This document shows positions 11,861 to 24,639 of a stretch of 64,000 bases of DNA, one piece after another. The notes beneath the pieces were generated by a model. The model was not told the DNA's origin and searched no databases. It worked only from the letters and a program-made list of their open reading frames with translations. Numbering within the stretch: position 1 is the first letter of the stretch; each line of letters opens with the position of its first letter. The translations under genes were made by a program, and so were the position numbers. Source of the DNA: Chiloscyllium plagiosum (Eukaryota); contig NC_057752.1 in assembly GCF_004010195.1 (NCBI RefSeq), positions 5,721,055 through 5,785,054 on the forward strand, given 5' to 3'.

Positions 11861-14709
11861 TGGTGAAACAGCTCCCCAGAAGCCAGTATCCCGTCATCAA
11901 GTCACCCTTTATTTACCTATAGAAAGCCCTTGACACTGATCCAGTTCCCTCAGAGCCAGCTGTCAGTGTGAACAGAACCTTTGACACTCCTGTTTATATC
12001 TGCCAGCCAGGGCTCCCTGATTGGGGCTGTTAATCTGGACCAATCGGGGAACTCATATTCTGAGATCCATCTGGCCGACCTCATTGCAGACATTACATCC
12101 CTCCCCCTCTGAGTCTGAGGACGTAGGCAGTTTTTTTTTTGTAGATTTGCCTGGGGTGTTTTAGCACCAAGTCAGATTCCTCTGACTCTGCCTCTGATAC
12201 GGGTGGCATGTAACGTACAGTAGCTCGCCTCTTGCACCCAGAGCATCTCGGAAGAAATACATTCTTCTCTTCAGGCGCCAAAGACATCAAGACAGCAACA
12301 TCCGCTGTGTCCATTTAGATTCTGAGGTCTCTTCAATGCTTGACAGAGAGGGAGAACCCACAGATTCTGCCAGCGTTTCCAACTATTCTGAGAAGCCAGG
12401 CACATTTTGCTCCCTTCACCATTTGCAGCTTTCATATGGTCCACGTGCTTGTTCAGCACCTATCCGAACTTTCTACACCACTGGACTTGACCTTGTGTCA
12501 ACCATGCTTCTTACCCATGCAGGGCCATTCCTGTGGTTCCTACACAAAACTTCGTCCCCTGAAGTAAATTGTTTCTCTCACTTAGCGGAGGCTTGTGTCC
12601 AGCATTGACATTCTTAATGCCATTTCACCCTCACCCCAGGTCTGAGAAGATCAGACCTAACCTGGTGTGGAGTCTTCTCCCCATTAGCAACTCTGCAGTT
12701 GCATGAGGGGTGGTCCTATAATCAAATAGGAACTGGGACAGTTTGGGATCTGGTGCAGCTGTCAGCTGTTTCTTTAAGCCTACCTTCACGGTTTGGAGTG
12801 CTCTTTCTGCCAGACCATTGGATGATGGATGGAATAGAACTGTCCTTATGTCAAGTTCATTCGACTTTAGGAAATATTCAAATTCTCTGCTGGTAAATGA
12901 TAGCCCATCATCTGTGACCCGTACTTCCTGGAGTCCATGTATTGCAAAGGATGCACCCAGTTTTTGTATCGTCCCTTGTATGACGAATGAACCCTATGCA
13001 TCTGGATGTAGGTTTGCTCACTGAGCTGGAAGGTTCATTTTCAGACGGTTCGTCACCATACTAGGTAGCATCTTCAGTGAGCCTCCGGATGAAGCATTGG
13101 TGGTATAGCCCACTTTATATTTATGTGTTTGGGTTTCCTTGGGTTGATTATGTCATTTTCTGTTCGTTATCTCAGGGGGTAGTAAATGGGATTCAACAAA
13201 CACATAGACTTGGATCACCCTATGCATGTCCAGTCACTTTGAGTGGGTGACCACAATGACTAGGAACATTGAGCCCATGAAAGGACCTGCATAATCAACA
13301 TTTAACCAAGTCCAGGGTTTACCCGGCCATTCCCACGTATGTGGAGGAGCTGCTGGCTGTAATTTTTGTCCTTGTCTGGGCACTGCCCCACCAATGCGGC
13401 CATGTCTGCATTCAACCTTAGCCACCAGACATCTTCTCACCAACATCTTTATTTTGGAAACTCCTGGATGACCCTGGTGGAATTCAGCTAGTACCTTTGC
13501 TCAAGACAATCACTCTTGCTCCCCATAATAATATACCATCCTGTACTGTGCCCAAAAGGGTTTCAATTCTGGTTGTGACAGCTCTTTGGTTTCACCCATC
13601 ACCACCAGCTTTTTCAGTTTTGGCAGGACAGGATCTTTCTGTATCCAAAGTCTGATATTGTCAGTGATGACTGTATGGGTGTCCAGAAAATTTAAAACCA
13701 TTACAGACTCTTCCACTGATAGTACCACCAGTGCAGGATCTGCCAATGGGAGGCAGCTCAATGCATCCATATTTGCGACTTGGCCTCCCAGACAGTGTTC
13801 CAACTTGTAATTATTTGCACTTGGTATTAGAGCACACTGCTGAATTTGGCCTGAAACTATGGGCGGCACTATGGGCTTGTCCTCTTTAAGTAGACCTAAC
13901 AAGAGTTTGTGGTCCATCATTGTGACAAATTTACATCCATAAAGGTTTTGGTGGTACTTCCTGACTCCAAATATGACCACCAAACCTTCTCTATCTGGGG
14001 GTGTTTATGCTCTGTATTAGCCAATGTCCTAGATGAATACGCTATTGGATATTCCTCTCCATTGGGCCAACTATGAGCTAATTCTATCCCGATGCCGTAT
14101 GGGGAGGCATCGCAGATGCCAACACCAGATCTCACTTGGGATCATTATGAGCTAACATCTTCGAGGATGATAGCTGTTTCTTCACTTCCCTGAAAGCGAT
14201 GTCTTGGCTACTCAACCATTTCCAAGGCTGAACCTTTTTTAAGGATGGAGGCCAGGTTATGTCTGAACTTTGCATAAAAATTCACCAGCCCAAGGAATGA
14301 CCTAAGCTTCAGTACAGACATGGCAGCAGGGCAACTTTGATCGCCTTCACTTTGTCTTTCAACAGGTGTAACCCAGTCTTGTCAATGCTGCAGCCCAAGT
14401 ACATCACTTGGTGTGCCTGGAACATGTCCATCTTGGAGAAACGTCTAAGGACTATGTCCAAGTTCTCTAAGTGGTCTTCCTTGTTATTAACACCTCATTT
14501 AGATAAATGGCAACCTGGGGTAGACCTTGTCATATGTGGAGAGTCCTTGACACTGATCCAGCTCCCTCAGAGCCAGCTCTCCGAGTGAACAGAACCTCTG
14601 ACACTTCTGTTTATATCTGTCAGCTAGGGCTCTCTGTTTGGACTAGATTAACAGCCCCAATCAGGGAACTCATATTCTATGAGGTTCACTTGTCATTACA
14701 GCCACTACA
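11861..14709 (-). mobile_element. Ty3/Gypsy LTR retrotransposon, internally deleted and decayed
   Basis: LTR copies at 11861-12097 and about 14533-14709. Polypurine tract AGAGGGGGAGGGA at 12098-12110 abuts TG. pol remnants in RT-RNaseH-integrase order (CDASPYGIG..IAYSSRTL; WEWPGKPW..VDYAGPF; HPSSNGLAER). gag and PBS are missing. Confidence 0.9.
13002..13216 (-). mobile_element. Penelope-like pseudo-LTR fragment inserted into the Gypsy integrase
   Basis: 11-bp direct repeat ACCCTATGCAT at 12991-13001 and 13217-13227. Degenerate hammerhead at 13041-13080 (minus). Short inverted NKHIDLD-coding piece at its right end. Confidence 0.75.
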
Positions 14710-16219
14710 CATAGAACCGTTAAAAGTAATTGGCTTCAGTTGCTATCAGCTCTTGTAGTTCTCTTTAAGGTTGTGGTAACACAGTGTTCGTAAAAACTGT
14801 GTGTGAGATAAATATTTCTTTCAGCACCCATCCCTGCTGCCCAAATAACTCTAAGGGATTGACTTCATTTATTACGTAGCAGATAGAGATGATTGTTTTT
14901 TGCAGATTTTAAATCTTCATTGTGAGCTGTTTACTTTTCCCTTGTGAAATCTCAATTGTGAACTGCGTAATGGTGAAGTAAGTGTTCAGGTGGTGGCTAG
15001 GATTAATGGGATTAATTGTTTTATTAAGTGAGTAAATATAAAGGAGAAAGAAATCAGTGCTATTTGATGTGAGCACTCTATCTGCAAGGAACAGGTATCC
15101 TAAGTTCTGTTTCACCAACATGCTCAATTCCAAGTTAACATTGGTAGTAGAGGATGGTTTCTTAAAGGTGAAAACGTGAAATTAAAAGTTCTTTTTCAGA
15201 TAAAAAGATGTACATTTGAGTTACATTTAAGAAGAATGGCTGAAATGAAATGTAAAGTGTCAGGGTATGATTTTCCACTGATGTTCTGTGAAGCTGATTT
15301 AACAATATGGACAAAAACTACATCCTGAACAAAAGAAAAAGCAAGATATGGTTTGGGATTGTCACTTTATACGTGAAGCAGGGTCAGGTGCAAAGTATCC
15401 TTCGAGCTGGAGCCTCAAGAATTTGACACTGAGGAAAGTTTGGATAATCTATTAACATATATGAGCAGAAATTATTTTTTAGAAAGTGATCTGTTCAATG
15501 CAAAGAGGCTGGTCAGACTTTGCTTAATCTAGACAGCCAAACAGTTATTGCACAGAATATATGATAGAATTTAACAGATTACATGCAAGATTGGAAATGT
15601 TTTATTCGGAGATCCTGAATTTAGTGGTTGCTCTTACATTTTTGGATTGTGCAAAATTGTTGAACATAGATAGTGTTAACCACTGTTAGATATTCAGAAA
15701 TGATATCTTTTAGATGGCTTTTGGAACAGATGTCCAAAGCCTCAAAACAACTCTGGGAAAACATGCATTCTCAGCAATCTTCATGGCTGGGATAGGATAT
15801 TCAACAGTACAAAGAATAGAATAATGAATAATTGCAGATTCAATGGTAGCTACATTGTGATACTAGCCATCTATATAAAAGAAGAATCAAAACTAAAAGG
15901 AGTGAGAATAGAGGTACCTCTGACAATTATAACAGAAATAGGAATTGGGGGACTAAACCAGAAGAATGAACCCAGGAGTGCCAGGGGAACGGCCAAGAGG
16001 GGTTTTAGATGTAACTCAAAATATCATTATGCATTATCATAAATGGAACAATAGGTTTTTGAAATTACAAAGTTTAGAAGGAGACAACGGTGCTACTGAG
16101 CAGGCAGAAGAAACCATAACAAGGAACTTCAGCCCAGTGATGAATGTTTCAGTCATAGAACAATTCAATTGTGCAGTTTTGGATAGTGGACGCATATCCA
16201 TAGTGTGTAGAGTAGAAAG

Positions 16220-18290
16220 AAAACAAGAACAAAGAACAGTAAAGCACAGGAACAGGCCCTTCAGCCCACCAAGACTGCACCAACACATGATGCCTTTTTA
16301 AACTAAAAACCGTTTGCCTCTACGTGCTCTGTATCTCTCTATTCCCTACCTAATCATGTATCTGTCAAGATGCCTCTTAAAGTTGTTATTGTAACTGCCA
16401 CCACCACCTCCTCTGGTAGCGCTTTCTGGGCACTTACCAACTTACCACGGTCTGTGTAAAAAGTCTTGCCTCTCACATCTCCTTTAAACTTACCCCCTTT
16501 TGCCATAAACCTATGTTCCCTAGCAATTGACATTTCTACACTGGGAAAAAGACTCCAATTATCCGTTCTATCCATGCCTCACATAATTTTGTAAACTTCT
16601 CTGAAGTCACCCCTCATCCTCTGACATTCAAGTGAATAGAAACCAAGGTTGTCCACCTCTACTCATAGCTAATATCTTCTAAGCCACGGAACATGCTGAA
16701 AAACCATTTCTGTACCCTTTCAAAAGCCTCCACATCCTTCTGGTAGTGTGGCAACCATAACTGCACACAATATTCCAACTGCGGCCTAAGTTCTATCCAC
16801 CTGCAACATTAATTGTCAATTTTTATACTCTGTGCTCTGATCGATGAAGGCAAACATACTACATGTCTTTTTGACCACCTTATCCACTTATGTTGCCACT
16901 TTCAAGGAACTGTAGACCTGTATGCCCAGATCTCTGTATGCAGATTATAGAATTCTAAGAGTTCTGCCATCTAGTGTATACTTCCCTCCTGCATTAGCTC
17001 TTCCAAAGTACATCATCTTGTATTTGTCCGGATTAAACTCCATCTGCCATTTCTCTGCCCAAGTCTCCAGCCTATATATGTCCTGCTGTATCATCTGATA
17101 ATCCTCTTCACTGTCCACAGCTCCCCCAATCTTTATGTCTTCTGCAAACGTATTAATCAATCCACCTACATTATCCTCCAAATCATATACTAACTACCAA
17201 CACTGATCCCTGCAGAACACCACTGGTCACAGATCTCCAGTCAGGAAAACACGTTCCACTGCTACTCTCTGTATTCTATGATTGAGCCAGTTCTGTATCT
17301 ATCTTACCAACTCATTGTGGATCCCATGTGACTTCACTGTTTGTATCAGTCTGGCCATGAGACACCTTGTCAGAAGGCCTTGCGCAAGTCCATCTACCAT
17401 CCTGCCCTCATCAATAATTTTTGTCACTTCCTCAAAAAACTCAATCAAGGTTTTGAGACACGACCTTCCCCATTCAAAGCCATGCTGCCTATCGCTAAAA
17501 AGTCCATATATTTCCAAAAGTGAGTAAATCCTATCGCTAAGACTCTTCTTGAATAGTTTTTCTGCCACTGACATAAGGCTCCCAGGCCAGTAATTTCCTG
17601 AATTGTCCCAGTTGCCCTTCTGAAACAGATGAATGATGTTGCCATTCTTTATTCCTCTGAGTCCTCTCTTGTGACTAAAGAGGATACAAAGATTTCATAC
17701 AGGGTCCCAGCAATTTCCACACTTGTTTCCCTCAGCATTCTGGGATCGATCCCATCAGGTCCTGGGGACTTGTCTACCTTAATGCTTTTTAAAACACCCA
17801 GCACCACCTCCTTTTTAATATTAACATGCCGCAGAATATCAACATATTTCTCCCAAGACTCACCATCCACCATGTCCTTCTCTTTTGTGAATATTAATGC
17901 AAAGTGTTCATCAAGGATCTCACCCACTTCCTCTGGTTCCACGCATAAATTCTCTCCTCTGTCCTTGAATGGAGCCACCCTTTCCCTCGCTACCCTTTTG
18001 CCCCTTATATATGATATAATGCTGTTTCCTCAGTCCTGTTTGCCAAAGACATTTCATGGCCCATTTCAGCCCTCCTAATTCTTTGTCTGAGTTCTTTCCA
18101 ACTATCTTTGTATTCTTCAGGGGCTCTGTCTGTCTTCAGTTTCCTAAACCTTACGTATGCCTCTTTTTTCTTTTTGACTGAACTCAATTTCTCTTGTCAG
18201 CCAAGGCTCCTGCATCTTGCCATCCTCATCCTTCATTTTTGCAGGAATATGTTAGTTCTGAACTCTAATCAACTGGCCTTTAAAAGATGT
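16220..18290 (-). mobile_element. CR1 LINE nested in the Copia relic
   Basis: DKSPGPDGIDPRML, QHGFEWGRSCL..LIEFFEEVT, FAEDIKIGG and WAEKWQMEFN; 3' tail at the left end. Confidence 0.9.
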
Positions 18291-18609
18291 GTATTCAAGG
18301 GATGAGATAAACCAATTAAGAAGTCTGATTTTACAAATAAACTGATGAGCATCAGGTCGAGTCTGAATGGACAGTTATGGTATATTGGGACTGAATGCTA
18401 CAATGAAGCATGTGACTGATGAAGAAGTCTTGAGGACAAATGAAACATTAACAAAATTAAGTTCGCATTTACGCAAAAATGCATACTCAATTTTCAAGTC
18501 TTATGGAACCCAGAATATATGAAACCGGGCCCTTTTTATCACCTGGTGTACATGCAAGACCTCCAGGTGGCTATTCTGGTATGGCAGAGTCTATCAAATA
18601 GTAATATAA

Positions 18610-18765
18610 AACAAAGAACTGGAAATCTGAAACAAAAGTAGAAATTGCTGGAGAAACTCAGCAAGGCTGGCAGCAGCTGTGGAGAGAAAGCAGAGTTAAC
18701 GTTTCAAGTCCAGTGATCCTTCTTCAGAACTGCCAAGTTTCTCCAGCAATTTCTGTTTTTGCTTC
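18610..18765 (-). mobile_element. Penelope-derived short element with hammerhead-like motif
   Basis: Minus 18695-18730 reads GTT-CTGAAGA-A-GGATC-ACTG-GACTT-GAA-ACGT-T-AAC. Decayed relatives at 26390-26515 and 46740-46870. Confidence 0.6.
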
Positions 18766-19579
18766 ATCGTATTGGTAATGGGAAATAATGATGATAAATG
18801 TTGTCCGTTGGCCTGGGAAGCCAAGAAATAAAAAAAGAATGGTTAAAAGTACCTTAGCTGCTGAAACACTGACACTAGTAGAAACAATGAATGCAGGAGG
18901 CATGTTTTTGTAATATTCTGAAGGAAATCCCATTTAAGGGCAATTCTGAGAAAACAATTGCCTGTAGAATCATACATGGGTAATCCTTCCTTTGGTACAG
19001 GTTGTCACCAAGAAAAGGTTGAAGGTGGACCTTGTGCAAGTGAAGGAACTGTTAGAAGGCAAAGATATCTGCAGCACAAAGTGGGTGAATGCAGTTTGCC
19101 AATTATTGGATAGTTTTGTGACTAAAGGTATTTGTTCTAATAAATTATTGAAGATCCTTAAAGAGGAACACCTGGTGATATGAGGAGATATAAAAATGAT
19201 GTATTTTCTGATGTTCAGCTGGTTTTGTGAAGAAACATGATTTTTATTGAAAGAAAAGGGGATGTGCTGTGGAAGGTTGTATTTTCAGATAAGACACAGA
19301 ATATGAAAATAATCCTTGGTCCATTTTTATTAGTTTCTGTTCTGTTGTTTGTTTGTCCATAAAAGTTTTATTTTGAACTGGAGAATCTGACGGTATAGCA
19401 AGGGTTCGATTGCTGACTGTTTAATTATTGAATTAAGTGACTGAACAAATATAAAGAGGGAGCGTGTGCTATTAGATGTGAATGAACTGTGTGTCTGAGG
19501 AGTCAAAAAAAAACTCTATCTGTTGGATAGTGAGTTCTATCTCACCCACGAACCTAGATTCAAGTTGATACTGTGCTTA

Positions 19580-19980
19580 ATTTCTTTTCTTTTACCTGCA
19601 TAGTGAACTGTTTAGTTTCTTCTGTTTAGACCCCATTGTAAGCTGTTTACTTTCCCTTATTTAAATTCAATTAGAGCTATTTACTTTCCCTCTGTTGAAA
19701 CTTTCCATTGTGAGCAGTTTACTTTTTTTTGTTGAAACTCTACTCGATCCAGTTTGCTTTCTCCTTGTTTAATCTCTATTGTAAACTGATTGCTTGCTCT
19801 TCAAACTCTGATATAAACTATTTACTTTCACCTTCTGAAGCTCTCCATTGAGAGCTGTTTAATATCCAACATGAATGGCTTACTTGCCCTTCATTTAAAC
19901 TCTATAATGAGCAATTAGTCTTTTCCTTGTTTAAACCCCATTGTGGCTACTTCCCCCTTGTTTTACTTCCTTTGTGAAAA
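19580..19980. repeat. Degenerate minisatellite, unit about 35 bp (CTCCATTGTGAGCTGTTTACTTTCCCTTGTTTAAA-like)
   Basis: Roughly ten diverged units, with further units at 14910-14965 and 21690-21800. Confidence 0.7.
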
Positions 19981-21690
19981 CATAAGAAATAGGAGCAGGA
20001 ATAGGCCATCTGGCCCTTCGAACCTGCTCCACCATTCAATAAGATCACAGCTGATCTTCATGGACTCAGCTCCAGTTACCCGCCCGCTCACCATAACCCT
20101 TAATTCCTTTACTGTTTAAAAATCTATCTATCTTTGCCTTCTAAACATTCAACGAGGTAGCCTCAACTGCTTCACTTGACAGAGAATTCTACAGATTCAC
20201 AAGCCTTTGGGTGAAGAAGTTCCTCCTTACTTTGAGGCTGTGCCCCATCGTTCTAGTTTCACCCACCAGTGGAAAAGCCTCACTGCTTGAATCTTATCTA
20301 TTCCCTTCATAATTTTATATGTTTCTAAAAGATACCCCCTCATTCTTCTAAATTCTAATCAGTATATCCCAGTCTACTCAATCTCTCCTCATAAGCCAAC
20401 CCTCTCAACTCTGGAATCAACCCTGTGAACCTCCTCTGCACCCCCTCCAGTGCTGGTACATCCTTTCTCAAGTAAGGAGACCAAAACTGCATGCAATACT
20501 CCAGGTGTGGCCTCACCAGTACCCTATACAGCTGCAACATAACCTCCCTATTTTTAAACCCCATCTCTCTAGCAGTGAAGGGCAATATTCCATTTGCCCT
20601 CTCAATTACCTGCTGCACCTGCAAACCAACGTTTTGAGATTCATGTACAAGAACACCCAGGTCCCTCTGCACAGCAGCATGCTGCAATTTTTCACCGTTT
20701 AAATAATAATCCATTTTGCTGTTCTTCTGACCAAAATGGATGACCTCACATGTACCAACATTGTTCTCCATCTGCCAGACACTTGCCCACTCACTTAAAC
20801 TATCTATATATCTCTGCAGAATTTCCGGTCCTCTGCACACTTTGCTCTACCATTCATCTTAGTGTCATCTGCAAACTTTGACACACTACACTTGGTCCCC
20901 AACCGTTAATCATCTCTGTAAATTGTAAACAATTGCAGTCCCAGCACTGATCCCTGAGGCAAACCACTAGCCACTGATCGCCAACCAGAAAAACACCCAT
21001 TTATTCCCACTCTTTGCTTTCAGTTAATTAACAATCTTCTATCCATGCTAATACATTAACTATAACGCATGCACCTTTATCTTATACAGCCTTTTGTGTG
21101 GCACCTTGTTGAGTGCCTTCTGGAAATCTAGATACACCACATCCACTAGCTCCCTGTTGTCCACCGTGCTTGTAATGTCCTCAAACAATTCCAATAAATT
21201 AGTTAAACTTGATCTGCCTTTCATGAACCTTTGCTGCATCTGCCCAGTGGGGCAATTTCTATCAGATGTCTTGCTATTTCTTCCTTGACTATAGATTCAA
21301 GCATTTTCACCACTATAGAAGTTAAGATAATGGGCCTATAGTTATCCACCTTTTGTCCAACTCCTTTTTTAAACAGTGGCATCACATTTGCTATTTTCCA
21401 ATCTGCTGGAACCACCCTAGAGTTGAGCAAATTTTGGCTAATTACCACAAGCACATTTGCTATTCCCCCCTCCCCATCTCTTTTGGTACCCTGGGATGCA
21501 TTCCATCTTGGCCAGGAGACTTGTCCAGCTTTAGCCCCATTAGCCCAACATTACCTCTTTAGTGATAATTTCTAGGTCCTCACCCTGCTGTAGCCTCCTT
21601 GCCATCAGTTATTGGCGTGTTATTTGTGTCTTCCACTGTAAAGACCAGAACAAAATTCCTGTTCAACGCCTCGGCTATATCCTCGCTTCC
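19980..21690 (-). mobile_element. CR1 LINE RT and 3' end
   Basis: WKIANVMPLFKKG..NYRPIILTS, FADDTK and LYRVLVRPHLEYC..WSPY; 3' UTR near 19980. Confidence 0.92.
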
Positions 21691-22119
21691 CTTGAACTGC
21701 TATCTTTTTCCTTGTTTTAATTTCCATTGTGAACTATTTGCTTTCTTTGCTTCCCCTTTGCCTGCCCCCAAACCAAACCTTCATTGTGAGCATTTTTATT
21801 GCTTATAATTTATAAGATCTTTATTTTGGGTTGATCGTTTGTAAGGGCAATAGTGCAGAGGTTCAGAGAAGCGCCCTTGAGTAATTGATATTGTTTGATT
21901 TTCACAGGCAAATCTAAAGGATGATCACTGGGTAGAGTAAGGGAACTAGGCAGGCAATCCACTGTAGCCATTCCCCAGCAAAACACATATACTGCTTTGG
22001 ATATTGTTGTGGGGGGGGAGGTGAATGGCTTCTCTGAGGAAAGTAGCAAAAGCCAAATTCATTGCAGCACAGTTAGTTCTGTTGCAATGGAAAGGAGAAA
22101 TAAATGAGTGAACGCTATA

Positions 22120-24600
22120 GAAATCATAAGACATAGGAGCAGAAATAGACCATTCAGCCCATTGAGCCTGCTCTGCCATTCAATGAGATTATGGCTGATC
22201 TGATAATTCTCAACTCTAATTTCCTGTCCTTTCTCCATAATCCTTGGTTCCCTTATTGATTAATTATCTGTTTATCTTAACCCTGAATATATTTAATAAC
22301 CCAGACCTGACAGCTCCCTGGAGTAAAGAATTCCACAGATTCACTATCCTCTGAGAGAAGAAATTCCTCCTTATCTCTTCTTAAATGTCCAAGAATTTAT
22401 TCTGAGATTATGCCCTCTTGTCCTACAAGGGAAACAACCTTTCTGCATCTATCCTGTCAGGTCCCTTAAGAATCTCTTATGTTTCAATAATGTTGCTTCA
22501 CCTTCTTCTAAATCCCAGTGAGTACAGAGCCAACCTATTCAAATTGTCCTCATAAGGTAGTCCCTCAATATCTGCTATCAGCCCAGTGAACATTCTCTGG
22601 ACTGCCTTCAATGCCAGTCTATCTTTCCTCAGATAATGGGCCTAAACTGTTCGCAGTATTCCAGCTGTGACTTACTTAGTGCTTTGTATAGTTTTAGCAA
22701 AGCCTCCCTACTTTTATACTCCATTCCCATTGAAATAAACGACGATATTCCATTTGCTTTCCCATTACCTGCTGAACTTGGATGCTAGTTTTTTTTTTGT
22801 GATTCATGGATGAGGATTCTCAAATCCCTCTTCTGTAGCATTCTGCAATCTTACTCAATTTAGATAATATGCAGCTCCTCTATTCTTCCTGTCAAAGTGC
22901 ATAACTTCACATTTCCCCACATTAAATTCCATCTGCCATATTTTTGCCCAATTCCTTAACCTGTCTATATCCTTCTGCAGACTTTGTGTCATCCTTACTG
23001 GTTGCCTTCCCACCTATTTTAGTATCATCTGTAAACATGGCAATTGTACATTCATCTTCCTCATCCAAGTCATTAATATATATTGTAACAGGTTGTGGCC
23101 CCAGCATTAATCTCTGTAGTATAACACTAGTTACAGTTGGCCCCCTTATCCCAACACTCTGTCTTCTATTAGGTCATCAATCCTCTATCCATGCTTATAT
23201 ACTGCCCCCAACACCACGGGTTCTTATGAAGCAGCTTAATGTATGGTATCTCATCATGTGCCTTCTGAAAATCCAAATATATTGCAACCACCGCTTCCCC
23301 CTTTAATACTGCTTGTTACCTCCTTAAAGAATTCTTGTAATTTTGTCAGGCATGATTTCCCCTTCATGACATCATGCTGACTTCTGCTTGATCATATTAT
23401 GTATTTCTAAATGCTCTGCTATTACATCTTTTATAAAAAAACTTCAATTTTTTCCCAATCACAAAGTTTAAGCTAACTGGCCTATAGTTACCCATTTCTT
23501 GCATCCCCTTTTCAAACAAACATGTTACTTTGGTAGTTTTCAGTCCTCTGGGATTTTCCAGAATCTTAAGATTCTTGGAAGATTACTTCCAATACATCCA
23601 TTATCTCTGTAGCTACTTTATTAACAGCCTAGGATACAGGATCGAGTTGATCTTTCACGCCATTAGTTTCCCTCGCACTTTTTCTCATGACAGTTATTGT
23701 GTTTATTTCTTCTCCCCCTTTTGCCCCCTCCCTTGATTATTTAGTGATTTTCAGATGCTATTAATGTCTGCTACTGTGATGACTGATGCAAAGTATTTAT
23801 TCACCTCCTCTGCGATTTACTGGTTCCCCATTATCAGTTCCCTCGCCTCGTTCTCTAAGGGGCCTCTGTTCACTTTGGCTTCTCTCCCCGATGCATATGT
23901 TTAAAGAAGCCCTTACTGTCTGTCTTGATAATACTTGCAAGTTACCCTTCAGGTTTATTTTCTTCCTGTTTTTTTTTTGTTGTCTTTCATGGGTTTTAAA
24001 AACTTTCCTAATCCTCTGGCTTGCTACTAATCTTCAACTCATTTTATGTTCTTTTTCTTTCAATTTGACGCTATCCTTAACTTCCTCGGTTAACCAAAGT
24101 TGCCTTTATCCTTTTTCCTAAACTCCTCCTTCCTCCTTGGAATGTGCCTTTACTGTGAGCCATGCACTATTTTCTTAAAAGTCTGCCATTGTTCCTTAAA
24201 CATCTTTGCTGCTAAACTCCTTTCCCGGTCCATTCCAGTGAGCTCGGCCCTCATTCCTTTGTAATTGCCCATGTTTAAGCTTAGTACAGTTGTTTCTGAA
24301 ACAAGTTCCTCCCTCTCAAACTGAATGCTACATTCTACTATGGTCACTATTTCTGAGGTTGTTTTTTACTCTGACATCATTTTATTAAACCAGCCTCACT
24401 AAACATTGCCAGATCTAAAATAGCCTGATCCCTGGTTGGATCCACAACATATTGTTGTAGGAAACTGTCTCAAATACACTTTGTCAACTTTTCCTCATGG
24501 CTTCCTCTGCCAATTCGACCATCCCAATCTATTTCAAAATTAAACTCACCTATGATTAGTATGCTGCCTTTTGTACACATCAGTATATCCTGATTTATTC
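22120..24600 (-). mobile_element. CR1 LINE, decayed
   Basis: LGPQPVTIYINDLDE..FTDDTKIGG and endonuclease C-terminal remnants; CATAAG-type tail near 22125. Confidence 0.88.
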
Positions 24601-24639
24601 TATAACCTCTCCAGTATAGCCAATATTACAGAGCCAATG

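Larger units (their letters stand above)
14970..19570 (+). mobile_element. Ty1/Copia-like LTR retrotransposon relic with nested insertions
   Basis: The 5' LTR ends in CA at 15140, then PBS TGGTAGTAGAGGATGGTTTC (15142-15161), 19/20 complementary to the tRNA-iMet 3' end. Protease-like AVLDSG near 16175. RNase H C-terminus KRLKVDL..KW..QLLD..TKG at 18992-19183. Purine tract near 19250-19262. The 3' LTR (about 19264-19570) shares blocks with 15020-15140. Confidence 0.75.

Noticed and set aside
19580..19980. Spaced repeats as a CRISPR-like array
   Set aside because: Degenerate tandem units without unique spacers, in a vertebrate intron with no cas genes.
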